Origin: Kudoa neothunni
Lineage: Eukaryota > Animalia > Cnidaria
DNA: 64,000 nt
NCBI GenBank assembly: GCA_964304625.1
Contig: OZ199840.1
Location: 1,070,733 to 1,134,732, forward strand
Direction: 5' to 3'
A program made the position numbers and the translations under genes. Below are positions 41,701-54,438 of the stretch, one piece after another. Position 1 is the first letter of the stretch, and the number at the start of each line of letters is the position of its first letter. The notes below the pieces were generated by a model. That model saw only the letters and a list, made by a program, of their open reading frames with translations. It did not search any database and was not told the DNA's origin.

Positions 41701-44700
41701 GAAAAAAACGTTTAATTTGATTATCGAGTAAGTTTAAGAAATATCACATACGTCATGAAAGATTATGATTATTAAAGTACTTTGACAGTTATAAGGAGCA
41801 GTGAAATTGTGTTATAATATCAAATGTCCAAAATTAGAAAGACTTTCTCGATTGGACTCTACATGCATTTAATGGGAAAATTTTTTCTTACAGTAGTAAT
41901 AGGTAAGAACGAGAATAGATGCCGTTTAAGTATATACTAAAAAATGTTGAATATTTATCAATTAAAAATTAATTGTCGTAATCTAATATATTTAATAAAA
42001 AATTAGACAGAAAAATACATTTATTAATTATTTTTAATCAATGCGTTGTCACCCGACTGATGTTAATAATTGATATAGATTTTAGATGATCCTTATTACA
42101 CAAACTTATCTACCGTAAAAATCCCCATAACTCAACATTATATTCTTGTATGGGTGTACTTTAAAATAACTTAAGTACAATGAAAAAATTAAAAAATAAA
42201 TAATTTATAATAAAAATAACGATATTTCAAATATCTTAACATTTATACAAATCCAGGAAAATTGTGCAATAGGCGCTGTTGAGTGTTTATTCAAAAGTAA
42301 AGATTATAATAAATAAAACAGTTACCAACTTCAAGGGCACAAAAACTGGCACTCCTTGGGCAAGAAATACTGTGGAAACAAAAGAGTCATAAAAAGGTTC
42401 GAAAATGATAGCCTCATCGCCAGGATTTAGTAATGCAAACGCGGTGCAAAAAATCGAACCATCTGCTCCATTTGTAGTGCAAATCTATTACGAAAATGTT
42501 CAAAACAAACTAGGATTGTTTAATAGTTTTTATTGTACCTCAGTGATGGGGTTAATATCCCTTTTCATAGGCGTGGAATAGAACTGTGATAAAACCTGCA
42601 ACAATCTTGGATGTCCCTAAAAAAATCCATTAGCACATTCGCAACACAATCTTATTATATTAGGTTTTAATTTGTAAAAAATAAATTTAGAACATTTGGC
42701 AAAGTTTGTTATTTATATTAGCTTCATTATGTTTCTAAGAAAACCTGACATTGAAGATTTAATGGGTGGATTTACTGTTTTTAATAATTTTTCTAATTAA
42801 TTAATTAATTAATTTCTCTCTATTCTGATAAAATGTAATTTTATAATTCACATTAATAAATTAGAGCTCGCATTCCTGTTTCTAATCTAAGAAAATTAAT
42901 AATTTTAGGATAAAAGATATTCGATTATATTTTATTAGGCTACAAATATATAATAAATTCAAAATAAAAAAATTGGATATTATTATTGATCATATATTCG
43001 GTTAGAACTAGTTTTGATTATATTTAATTAATCCTAGTCCCTTGTAGCATAGCAAGGACCAGAAATAATTACATATGACAGACTGACTCTAAAAAATTAA
43101 TTATACCTCTACTCTAAATAGGAGTTTTTAGGATTAAAAATTGGGCCGCAAATGCTTATAGAAAAAATCGTATTAAATTCCACTCAACAATAGCCAAAAA
43201 ATAAAAACATACATGTGCGCAATCTCATCTGAAACGGGACAATGATAAATTGACTAGTTTTTATTACGCATTTAGGAATTCAAAAAGTAACCATAAGGTA
43301 TAATATTGTATATAAATTGTTATATTCTCCATAATAGGGGGTGATTTTGGCATATAAAATAACATTAGTAAAAAAATTTTACAAATAAAAATTATGAAAA
43401 ATTCTTATATATATAGTATTCCTATATTTATATATGATGCTGGAATATATTATAAATATATACCAACTTTACATTTTTTAAGTAAATATAATAATTAATT
43501 TGTGGACTTAAAATAGTCTAAACGTCAGTAAATGGATACGTTTGTCACTTATTTTCACGCACGCGTGTACGTTGTTATTAATTTTTAATTGATATTAATA
43601 TGATTTGTTCAATATAGAAATATAGTTAAACTGATCATATTTAACTAAATGATAGTTATTTTTAGTTTATAAATTTTTCACAATAAAATAGGTAATACGT
43701 ATAACTATTAAACGATATATTTCACATTTTTATCAATAATAAACAACTATTTTACAAATATTTTATTTACCATACATTAATTTCTAATTTTCACTAAAGG
43801 TTTTATATATATAAACAAGTAATATTCATATTTTTAATAAAATTAAAATCACCCTTGATATTAAAAAACAGGGGATTTTGATGAACTAAAGCCCCACAAA
43901 TGAATTTTACTCGCACAGTCGGTAGTTGAATTTCACATAATTGGTGAATTTGTTTAAGTTTAGTTCTCTACTTTTCTATTGGATATATAAACAAATATAT
44001 TCAATTTAACGGTATGTTGGGTTCAAATAATTGATTGTAAATGATGGAAAATACAAAATATTAAAATACTTCTGAAGTCTTCCATAAATAAATGTTAAGA
44101 TAGTTACTGTGAGACATTTCGACATATCAAATATAACAATAGTAATGGCCTCCTAAAAAAATACCTAAATTTTTTCTCTAATTAAAAAAAAAGTTTAGAT
44201 CGTTTTCGATCATTGTTAATATTGGAAATTGATTTGTATATGTCATAGCGAGTCGAAAATTGAAACTAAGTATCGCTTGATTTTTTGACTGTTGTAGAGT
44301 TAATATTCGTTTATACTATTTCAATAAATAACATCAACTTTTCTTATAAATTCCAAAAAAAGGATATAATTATTATGTACATACGCAAAAAAATGTGTAA
44401 AATCAAAACCTAGTGTATTTATTTACAAATATATTTGACATAATGCATCAAACAATATTGTAAAGATTTAATAACTCGAAAATATTTTAGCTCGATCAAA
44501 AAATACACTAGATCAGGAAAATAAACCAAACAGAGCACTTTTCTTTGACTCAGTTGTTTTGTTCAATTAAACACAACATTGCAAAGCCAGAAATAAGTTC
44601 TTTTTTTTTGGTTACATATTACTAATGGAAACAATCTCGATAACTGTTTTTTGAATTTATTTAATAATTCACCTTATTATATCAACATCATGAATTATCT

Positions 44701-45583
44701 CCCATATTATAAAAAAATATGACAATTTAAATTATTTATAAATTAAAGATTTTCACAAACAATAAAAATTTTCGATATTACGTAGCAGTAGAAACTTGGG
44801 ACCGTAGATAAGTTAAGTAATGCCTGCTACTCGTGCAATCAAACAATTTATTTGTCAATTAAACTATTCCTATTTAAAGAACTTGGTTCGTTTTTTTAGT
44901 TTTTAGTTCAAATCTATTTATTATAATAAGTTGTTATATTTTGTTAAAATATGCGATTAGCAACATCTTGAACTAATATTTGTTCCATAAAACGCTTGAG
45001 CAAAACACTCAGAAAACATTAAATCAATTGAAGAATAAGGAATCGAACGAAACCCTTGGTTTTTATTGAACAAAAAATGCCTGAATTAAAAAAATTAAAG
45101 CCTGGCTCTAGGTGTAAAGATCATTAATCTTTGAAGATAGAAATGTCTCTATTTGGCTTGGGAAAATTCCAGACACAAATTTTTAGGACTTTTAAAGACA
45201 AAAATAATTTTATTTAAGATATATTATTAGCTAAACATGTATCAAGCAAAAAATGAACCATTTTGCTTTAAATTGAACTACAGAAGCAAGTTACATAGTG
45301 GGCGGCGAGTGGCTAATAACAAAGACTTACCCTGCTATTGGTGTATTGATTGATAGAGTCGGGGAGTGATTGTGTGTTGATAAGCGCATCTTTAATGAAT
45401 TGAGCGGTGTCGACATCCGGTTTACCAATCCCCAAATCCACTGGAGAATATTCGTCTACCAATTTGGCTACTTTCATCCTAGAGCACAGCCCAAACAATC
45501 ATAATCAGATGTTATTTTTTGTTACTATACCACACACAAGGTTCTTGAAAAGTGCGTTCACTTAGTATGTCTTTTCCTTGCAT
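38701..45583 (-). CDS. KYAT: Kynurenine--oxoglutarate / glutamine transaminase (KAT I/III family, PLP-dependent), multi-exon
   Basis: NQYT..|GHPRL, NPGDEAIIFEPFYD, NSPHNPTGK, PLP-lysine motif SAGKAFNVTGWKLGW, PEAGYF, YVRFSFFK. ATG at 45583-45581, stop at 38703-38701. Large introns at 39881-42325 and 42617-45330. Confidence 0.93.
40193..41720. repeat. Fragments of the same Tc1-like family as 25015-25692
   Basis: TA-CAATAATGGATCGGTCGTA end at 40193. The segment 41421-41720 aligns with 25187-25495. Continuity between the two pieces was not verified. Confidence 0.55.
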
Positions 45584-46022
45584 TTTTTCCGGTATTTGGA
45601 GATTAATGTAATTAATATAATTCGAAAATAAACAACCACTCATTCGATAGAATGATCATTAATAGTATTAGAATGAGGGCGTTTACATACGAAAATAAAA
45701 TTCCACCTAATCATTAACACAATAGATAAATTAAAATGTTGTCGCACGACAAAGTCTCTATATAAAAAGTCAAAACACCTCGAATCGATAACTATCTTCC
45801 CATCCCAATTATATACAACTAGATTCAGTGTATAATAAGATATAAATGTATCGATTTTTAACAAATAACGACCCGCTCATTCATTGATAGTGATTTATTT
45901 TGCGATAAACAAAGTGAATGAATTGACTCCATAGCAAACATTGAAGGCGTTAAATGCTTATGTAAAAATTATCTAACGAACTATTTCCGAGTGTCAATAA
46001 AGTAAAACAACCAATAGTACGA

Positions 46023-46755
46023 ATGGTGGTGGTATGTGTTTGAATAAATTTTTGTTGTTGATGAACAAATGATTAACCCATACAAATACACAAATAGGGA
46101 AACAATCCTTGTGTTCTATCTAACAGTTGTCAGCTGGTAGAAACAATTCATCCGGATTCAAAAAAAAGTTATCCATTTTTAAACCAAACAATACCATCAA
46201 CAGGGCATTTCACTGGAAATCTATTTGTGCCTCCATTGATAGGAAGATCGATCGATGATTACTATCTTTACGGAAAATGTTATGATAACTTTTACAGATG
46301 GGTCATAGAGCAGAAAATAAAACGAAGGAAAGTTTTATCGTTGAATAGAAAGGGTTGGTTGTCACCGACTACTAGCGGCGTGGCAACAGTACCTATTGTT
46401 GGTCCATACCGTATATTTAGACGGGGGATTCGACTGAATCATGCCGTCTCTCCGGCAAACACCTGTATTGTGCACATCAAAGAAATACCCACGCATGTCA
46501 GCGATAATGTGATAATTCAATTGTTTTCTCATTTCGGTCCCGTTATCCATTATCAGGTAATCAGAATTCTCAGGAATATTTGTTTTAAACGCCTAATTCT
46601 AGAGATACCACCCGACTGAGAAGGATCGTTTCAGCTGTCAGTTGAAAATGAATGATATCAGTCGATGTTATGAGGCGTTGGAAATCATCGAGGAATATCG
46701 CAACACACATTCCCCCAAGGATATATTTCAAGTGACGTTACAAAACAACTCATAA
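46023..46755 (+). CDS. Small protein with one C-terminal RRM resembling PTB/hnRNP L RRM4; exons ~46023-46031, 46098-46556, 46603-46755
   Basis: PYRIFRRG..AVSPANTCIVHIKEIPTHVSDNVIIQLFSHFGPVIHYQ|RYHPTEKDRFSCQLKM..YEALEII..IFQVTL. GT-AG introns keep the frame. The start codon is uncertain. Confidence 0.6.
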
Positions 46756-47174
46756 CCTTCTTCTTAACCTAAAATCAAATAAATCAAAAAACTATACAAA
46801 TTTTTAATCTCTAGAATTTTCTACAATAAAAAAAACGCGGAGATGGCGAATGGAAAGCAATGATTTGTCGACTTGTATTCCGTGATTGTAAGCAGCTCAG
46901 ATCAGTCGATCAAAATGGAAAATAGCTGCTGATTTTTGATTTGATTACAGTTTCAGTTGATGAAAATATTAATTTTTTCTGATTTTTCCAAATTTTTTTT
47001 ACGTTCAATTGATCGAGTGGATTTTTTTGCGTCAACCACAATATTATATTAGAAATGGATTAAATGTTTTTTTATTTTATGCAGAAAAAATTTGTTAAAA
47101 CAAGAATAAATCAAATAATTTAAAAATTAAAGTACACACAATTTTCACAATGATATAAGACAGCTGGTTGGATG

Positions 47175-48591
47175 CTACATTATAGACTGACCTACCATCA
47201 CGGTAGATTGTGGCAGAATGTTTTGTGCTTTGGATTTGGGTGCCTCATACAAAAGTACTATAGTGGATCCTAACAGAAATTCGCCCAATGACGTTGCTCG
47301 TTTCATCTCCATGTCGATTTCAGTTATTTTGGAGGAGTGCCAGTGTCTACTTGCGACATTTTCAAGCTCCTAACGAGAATAGATGAATATGAATATTGGT
47401 GGCTGTTGAGCTGAAAATCAATTATTAGTTACCTTTACAGCAGTGATCACAATCCCACCAACATTCATAGCCCCGATAGGAATCACATACATAAGGCCGT
47501 GTTTCCATTGACCTTTGATAAGAACACGTTCGTTGGCACAAGCTTCTCCGGGTAACATTTTGAGATAATCAGGCGATACTGGATACAAACCACCTAACCG
47601 ATAATTAAACCAAAAAGAAACCAAAAATGCAAATCCACCTTTAATTCGTTCAACCGAATCGATTTTCCATTCGGTGGGCGAATGGAAGCAATGATAGTTG
47701 TTTGGAGCAAGATACAAAATGGCATAGAAGAGATGGTTGTCGGGAGAGGAAACTTTAAGTTGACTGGTTTCGTGCTCACCCAACAACAACTCCAAGTTGA
47801 CTCGTTGGTCTTTGATATATTCGAGGGTGATCTGGTTTGGTTTTCTGTTCTCAATATCGATCAATCCTGCATTAATCACAGTTCCATCACATGGGCTTAT
47901 CTAATCGAGAATATAACTGGTAGTGAATCATGAAAAAACTCACCATATCACAATCATAATTGACAGTTCTAGCGTTGGGGTTTGAGTTTTCGAGTGAAGA
48001 TTTGTTGTATATTTTTGTAATCATTGACGCTGGGGAGAAACAGCATCATCCAGGGTGATACCAGCGGCTTTAACAAATGCATTTTTCAAAAAATTTGCTA
48101 CAAATTCAGGCCTCTCTATATTTGCCAGATAGTGAGCCACTTCTGAAGACAGCAACTTCGGAGTGAATAATGACGCAATACTCTAACGGACAAATAAAAC
48201 TCAAACCGACATCGAAACTCAATAAATATACCCGTTTGGTGGCTGTTTTAGCTTGTTTCAAGAAATCTATCCATCCAAAATCGTTAGTCAACCCATGCTT
48301 CACCGTGTTCAACATTATCAACCCAGGAGATAGTATCATAACGCCAGCTATTATAAGATAATAACGTTGCTGAAGATATTGAGCCAACTTCGACATTCTA
48401 ACTATCACAGTATTGCCTAGGTGAAAAGGGTCCTTTCTGCTGAAAATTGCTCTTTTCCATCGCCCATTCTCACCGATTTTAGATCGAAAGCGTGAACCCA
48501 AAGATGGTGTAGAATGGCATCTCAGTGAACACGGGCAGGGCAACAGATTGATCGGTTTAGCTGATATATATCGTATGCCTACAATACACAT
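47175..48591 (-). CDS. PISD: Phosphatidylserine decarboxylase proenzyme, with two +1 frame breaks as written
   Basis: Basic N-terminus plus a hydrophobic segment, FTRKLKP, SPCDG, YLAPNNYHCFHSP, NERV, GAMNVG, and the self-cleavage motif LGST. Extra bases in G4 runs at 48032-48035 and 47977-47980. Confidence 0.9.
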
Positions 48592-50864
48592 TGAGTTAAC
48601 TTAGTATTGGATAAAATTTACAACATTAATTATCATATATGTGAAGAAACAGTACACAAACAACAACGCTAAGCAAATAACAAACGGTGATTACTTTGAG
48701 GAAATTTCACTGTGGTAAACGAACGATATCCAACCAAACTTCCTAATCCTATGCTACATACGTCACTTCGAATCTGTATGCTAATAATCAATGTTATCGA
48801 TATGAGAAGGAAATTTTTTCGAAGTATCTTGATCGGTGGAGATTGTGAGCTGGAATAGGAATTTTTAAATAGAACCCACAAGGTGAAATGTGTGATATTC
48901 GTAATTAACTTCGTAAAATGAACGACACACTAATCTATATTGTAGTTTACTTGTGATTAGCCCATGGTTCGGGATTTAGTTAATCTTTTTAACAGAATCT
49001 AAGTTTTTAAACAAAAATAAACTTTCGACTGTTGTTCTAAATTCGCGAATACTCACTGCGAAAAAAAGATACTCTTTACGGTCAACCTATAATCAATCCT
49101 ATTCATTCTAGTTCATCATTATATGCATATATAAATATATAGACGAGATATATTTAGGTGTTAATTAACAAATTTATTTATATACATATATATATACATC
49201 AATATGTATGAATGAATATTACGTAAGAAAATTGGTAAATATGGATAAATATCCGGAAATTTTGTGATCGGTAACAAGTCGCATAAATGCATACTTTTTA
49301 TGTTGTAAAATTGATGATAAATGAGTAATTCGATAAGAAAAAAAATTCATCGTTGCGACAAAATAATATTTGTGAGGTGAAAAACAACTTATCGCATTCT
49401 AATGTCGCATCGAATCATAACGTTAGAAAACACAAGTTTCATCATCGACCCAAGTCTGTCATATTATCAAGGGAATTAATAAAATGTAACCTACAAACCC
49501 ATATATTATCTGACTGACTGTCCAGTATTCAGTGTATGATAACAGCCCTCACCCACGCTCAAGTCATCCCAACTTATCACACCGATCCTACAATCACCTA
49601 CAATCCGGGGTGAAAAGTCGTTCATTATATACATAGGAAAAATTTTAAAATGATAGAGTCCACTTTAAAAACAATATAATAGCATAAAACTTCTAGTAAA
49701 TCCACCGAAAGGCTAGGCTAGGCTAGGCTAAGCTTAAGATTAACCGGACAAATCTTAGCTAACTTACCCATTCAATCAAACCCGACTCGGGTAGTCCATA
49801 TTGTTTGCATTAGTGTAACTTCAAACACTTAAACTCAGGCCCCCATCTCCAAACCTCAAAATGTATATAAATATTACTTGGGAATGTGTTGATATCAGAA
49901 TCAGCCTCTGCATTGGACAACTCACCAGTGAATTTTTAAGGGTCGAACCTGATCGGCTAATCCCACATTTTGTGTATTAACTAAAGCTATGGAAAAAGCC
50001 GTCAGTCTTTCTCAATTATTGTCACAGTTTAAGTTAAGCGTTCAGATAAAATGCAGAATAGTGATCCGGTCCCATTTTCGATTAGAGATCACAATTAGTT
50101 CGTATATTAATTCCGTATATTTTTATAACAAATTAGCATGAAATATGATGAACATTTAATGGTAGGAATGAGTGTATTGATTATAATACATTATTTCTGA
50201 TATTAATGTTATGCATTTGATACAATTTAACACCCAATGCTTGCAGAAAATATGAATTTTTTATTCTCATAGACATAGAATTAATAATAGCCAATCGCTA
50301 ATGATGAAATATGACAATCGATAAACAATCATAGTTGTCACTCAAATTTTAGTATAAATAAAGCATGCTTTACTCGATCGATTAAATGGTATGGCCTGTG
50401 GAAATAACTACGAAGGGCTAGCAGCTATTTATACGATGGATTACAGCAGCTATCATCGATAACAAATACAGTGCCGAAAATAACCTACTGGTGGTGAAAT
50501 AATGATAAATCGAAAAAATCAAAATAATCAGCAGGTTCGATTTTTAACGTGGTCGCTGATTTGGATTACGGCCACTAGTCTACATTTGAACCATTTACTT
50601 ATTTTAGGCGGACTAAATTATAAATGGTATTTAAATTAATCTAAAAAAACTAGTTAGATGTGTTATTTCCATCAAAAATCAACTCTTCAATGATTAATTC
50701 ATGTGCATTTACGAATATTTACGATTTATTGATACTACTTATCCCTCTCGTGGTTATGTTACCTCCCATTGAACCTATATACAGTTGAAAACAATGATTT
50801 ACGCATTATTATAAATGTCCTTTCGAGAATAACTGTAGATAATCAACTTTTATGAATAAAAATA

Positions 50865-53800
50865 ACTAGCGCCAAAACCCGGCGTTGTTCAGGCTGTTGT
50901 AAGAAAAGTTTATTAAATGCCCGCAAATAAATTATTGCGATAGAAAATTAAAAAATATTTTATTAATTTTGATATGTTATTCAAAAGGTATCTCGTTTTC
51001 TTCTGTTGTGGCATGCACAAATCTAGAAGTAATGTTAAAATGTGTTTTTGAATAAAATTATATTTGTTGTATGAATTTCTTGAATTTTAAAACGAAGGAG
51101 TTTGGGGATTTGGTGTAAAATAGAAGGGGACAAATCTGTACATACTAAAAAATGCATAAATTCTTAAAATTACAAAAATACGATGACCAACGTTTTTGAC
51201 AGGTATTTTAAGGAAATGAATAATGAAAGATAGCATTTTAGAGGATAGGTTTCTTTTGAGGGATGAACGAATTTTTTTCTGTTAGAAAGAAGGTTAAAAA
51301 AGGTAATTTTAAATTTCAACATACGAACTTTTTAATGAGATTATTGATGTTCATCACAGAAATGAGGATCTTCAAAGGTTATGTTGTATCATCCTGTATT
51401 GGATATCCTATGGCGATCTTCATTGCCTGTTTTTCTAAGAATGGTCTTAATTGGCGACCTTTATTTGATATAATGAAACAGGATGGGTGGGTTTTTTCGG
51501 CCAATAAAAACCTGTTATTGATTTGAATATTAACGTTAAGGTCTGAAGGTAGGAATTAATTAGGTATTATATAAGCTCAAACATTACTTAAAAATTATAC
51601 TCTTCGAGTATAGAAAGTTATGGGATCAGTTATATCAGTTGTTACGCAAGAGAGTTTAAGAAAACCTAAAAATCAATAAAAATTTATTGAAAAGATGAAT
51701 ATAGTCTCAATCTCAATGTATTTATTTGACAAAAAGAAATTATCATTTCGCAGCAATTTCAATAGAGCTTAATTATCATTTACGAAGTTATTATCACCAA
51801 CATTCTAAATATAAGAAAACTCTGCATGTGTCTTACATCGATTTTAGAATACGTATATGTCCATCAAATCATTCCTTTATGACAACTACGTGAAATCACA
51901 AATTATGTCTTAATTAAAATAATGATAATCTTCCCACCCAAAAATATATTTATTGTTCTAGAAAAGCGAATACATATATTTAAAAATCAATAAACGCCTC
52001 AAATTGCTTCGAATGACATATTTATCAATTTTAAAACATTCAATACCTTATTAACAGATTTTCTTCGTATATACATATAGTAAGAGTTCATTTTAATTAA
52101 TCTTCATCTTGATATAATTTAACATCAATCATAAACAGATAATTTTCAATCAATTGTTTGTGTAAAGCATCAGCAAATTCCTTACTTGGGACGAAATTAT
52201 TGATTATTCGAGCAATCTTAAGTGAAGAGATGAATTTTTTGAACGTTATTAGCTTCTCAAATACATAGCAAAAGCTGTATAACAAAATTAAGTAAAATAT
52301 GTGTTATATCTTTCAGAAGCGTGGAGAAACCCTCGAGACAAAAATAGACAACAACTTGGCGACGAGACTCAAATAAACGAAATGGCTGAGTTTACACAAC
52401 TAATGAAACTCCTACGGGATCTAATGGAATCGTCGGAGCTCCGTCATCAAAAACAAATGGAGACACAATTCTACCAAGTTCAGAGCGTGTTAATGAAACT
52501 GCAGGAGAACCAGACAAAAATATCCTCGTTACAAACCTGTGACAGTTTCCCCGCATTTAACCCCACCAGTGAAACTTGGAATGATTATTGGGTTCGATTC
52601 AACACATTCGTGAAAACTAACGCTATAGCTTGTGAATGACGAACACTAGTCTTCTTGACCAATAAAACCAAAGATATTTACGAATTAATGCAAACAGAAG
52701 CATCTCAATGGGAACCACCTAAAGACATCAACTCGTTAGAGATCGATGAAATAAACGAGATCTTGAGTAAACAATTCGATCCCAAAAAGTTAATTATTGG
52801 GGAAACATTCAAACTCTACACCAAAACCAAACGTATACCTGATGAATCTCCACAGGAACTAGCTGCTAGTTGTGACTTCCCGTCAATTGAAGACCACCTG
52901 GACAAGACATTGAAGACATGCTTCATTTGTGTCGTCAATAATGAGGCAACACTACAGAGCATATTCAAAAAGTTGAAGGAATCACTTCGCTTCATAGGTG
53001 TGGTCAACATTGCCACTGAAGTAGAGAAAGTCTCAAAAATCGCAAGGCTCAGCTAATAGAATCAAACGAGGAGATTTACAAAATTGCTTACAACAAAAGC
53101 ATACCCCTGAAAGGCCTCCGAAACAAAAAAACTAATAAAATGTGAAAGTTTTGGTAAAACTAACCACGAGAGAAAGAACTGCTATTTTAAAGGTTAAATG
53201 TAATTATTCTGGTAGAAAGGGACATATCGACGTCTATTGTCTAATGAAAAAGAAGAGCAAACATGTGTCCAACATTGGGAGTATCTCTAGGGTGTCATTG
53301 AAAAATGATGCAAATTATTGTCAACAACAAGCCAATATTTTTTGAAATCGACACCGGATCCAAAGATAATTTTTTATCGACGGATCATTGGAAGAAATTA
53401 GTTAAGCCTAAACTTCACCACTAAGAGAACTCATATGTATCGGCGACATCTCACCCCTTTTACCAGTCATCTTGCAAACTTCAATGTATTTTTCTAAGTG
53501 AAACTGAAAAATCAATTGTCAACTTCATGATCACAAATAAAAGTGGTTTAAACATATTGAGTTCTACCACAATTCATGATAATGCTATATCGGTGGATAA
53601 ATTTATCTTTGGTATAAACAAAGTGAATCGAATTATCAATGTAACCCTAAACAGCAAACCATGGGGAGAAGTTCTTCAAAGAAAGATGTGAACGTATTTG
53701 CGATAAATTCAGTGACTTATGGAAACCAGAACTTGGCTGTTTAAAAGGATTGAAATCGAACATTAAATTTGAAGAGAACGCCAAACTCATTTTCTGCAAA

Positions 53801-54438
53801 CCGAGAGTAATAATGTTTGCATTACAAATGGACCTTAACCAGGCATATGATATTGGTATATCAAAAGGTATTTGGGAAGTCGTTGATTTCAACGATTATG
53901 GCACCTCGGTGGTCCCAATCCGAAAAGTCCCTTGTGAAATTAGACCAACGAAGAATCAGAGTTTGTGGAGATTACAGTACCACGGTATTATGGCATATGA
54001 TATTAGATACATTTTCATATCTTCACGAATGCTGAAAATTCTAAGCCATACTTCATATAGGCGTATTCCATTTCTTAAATTTCGCCGGTTAATTTGATTC
54101 GAATGTTTATTATTGAGATAATCTCGGTTACATAAGAATCTCAGCGTTTATCCTGGAGAAGTGAATGATCTCTTTTACGACAAATAATGTAATCCCTTGA
54201 AAATCCATAAATTAATCCTACTCGCCTCCTCCACGAAACCATAAAATGGGCAGTATATCAGTAAATAATAACGCAGATGTATTGTAAAATTGGTTTAATT
54301 TTTAGAGAACGGCGTTAAGGTCATGTTTGTATAGTCAAAAATTTCAACATATGCTCCTGTAAGGAAATAGATTTTCCGCTTACGCTTACTCCCCGATGTA
54401 CGTACATACGAACATACAGACACTCCTCTCTTATATAT
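50865..54438 (-). mobile_element. Probable non-autonomous Helitron carrying or interrupted by a Gypsy relic
   Basis: Minus-strand 3' end CCTGAACAACGCCGGG..GCGCTAG|T at 50865-50893. Helitron-like 5' region TATATATAAGAGAGGAGTGTCTGTATGTTCGTATGTACG at 54438-54400. That the two ends belong to one element is inferred. Confidence 0.5.
52302..54035 (+). mobile_element. Gypsy (Mag/K02A2.6-like) LTR retrotransposon relic: gag, protease and start of RT
   Basis: PBS TGGCGACGAG at 52357-52366 after a short TG..CA remnant; gag FNPTSETWNDYWVRF; degenerate zinc knuckle CNYSGRKGHIDVYC; protease FEIDTGS; RT start VVPIRK..IRVCGDYSTTV. Many stops and frameshifts, truncated. Confidence 0.88.

Noticed and set aside
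28370-42345. A universal +1 shift at every CCC-T codon context
   Set aside because: In-frame CCC-T is read without a shift in CTF18 (YRPSK), MRPS2 (DSPSS) and KYAT (VPLK).
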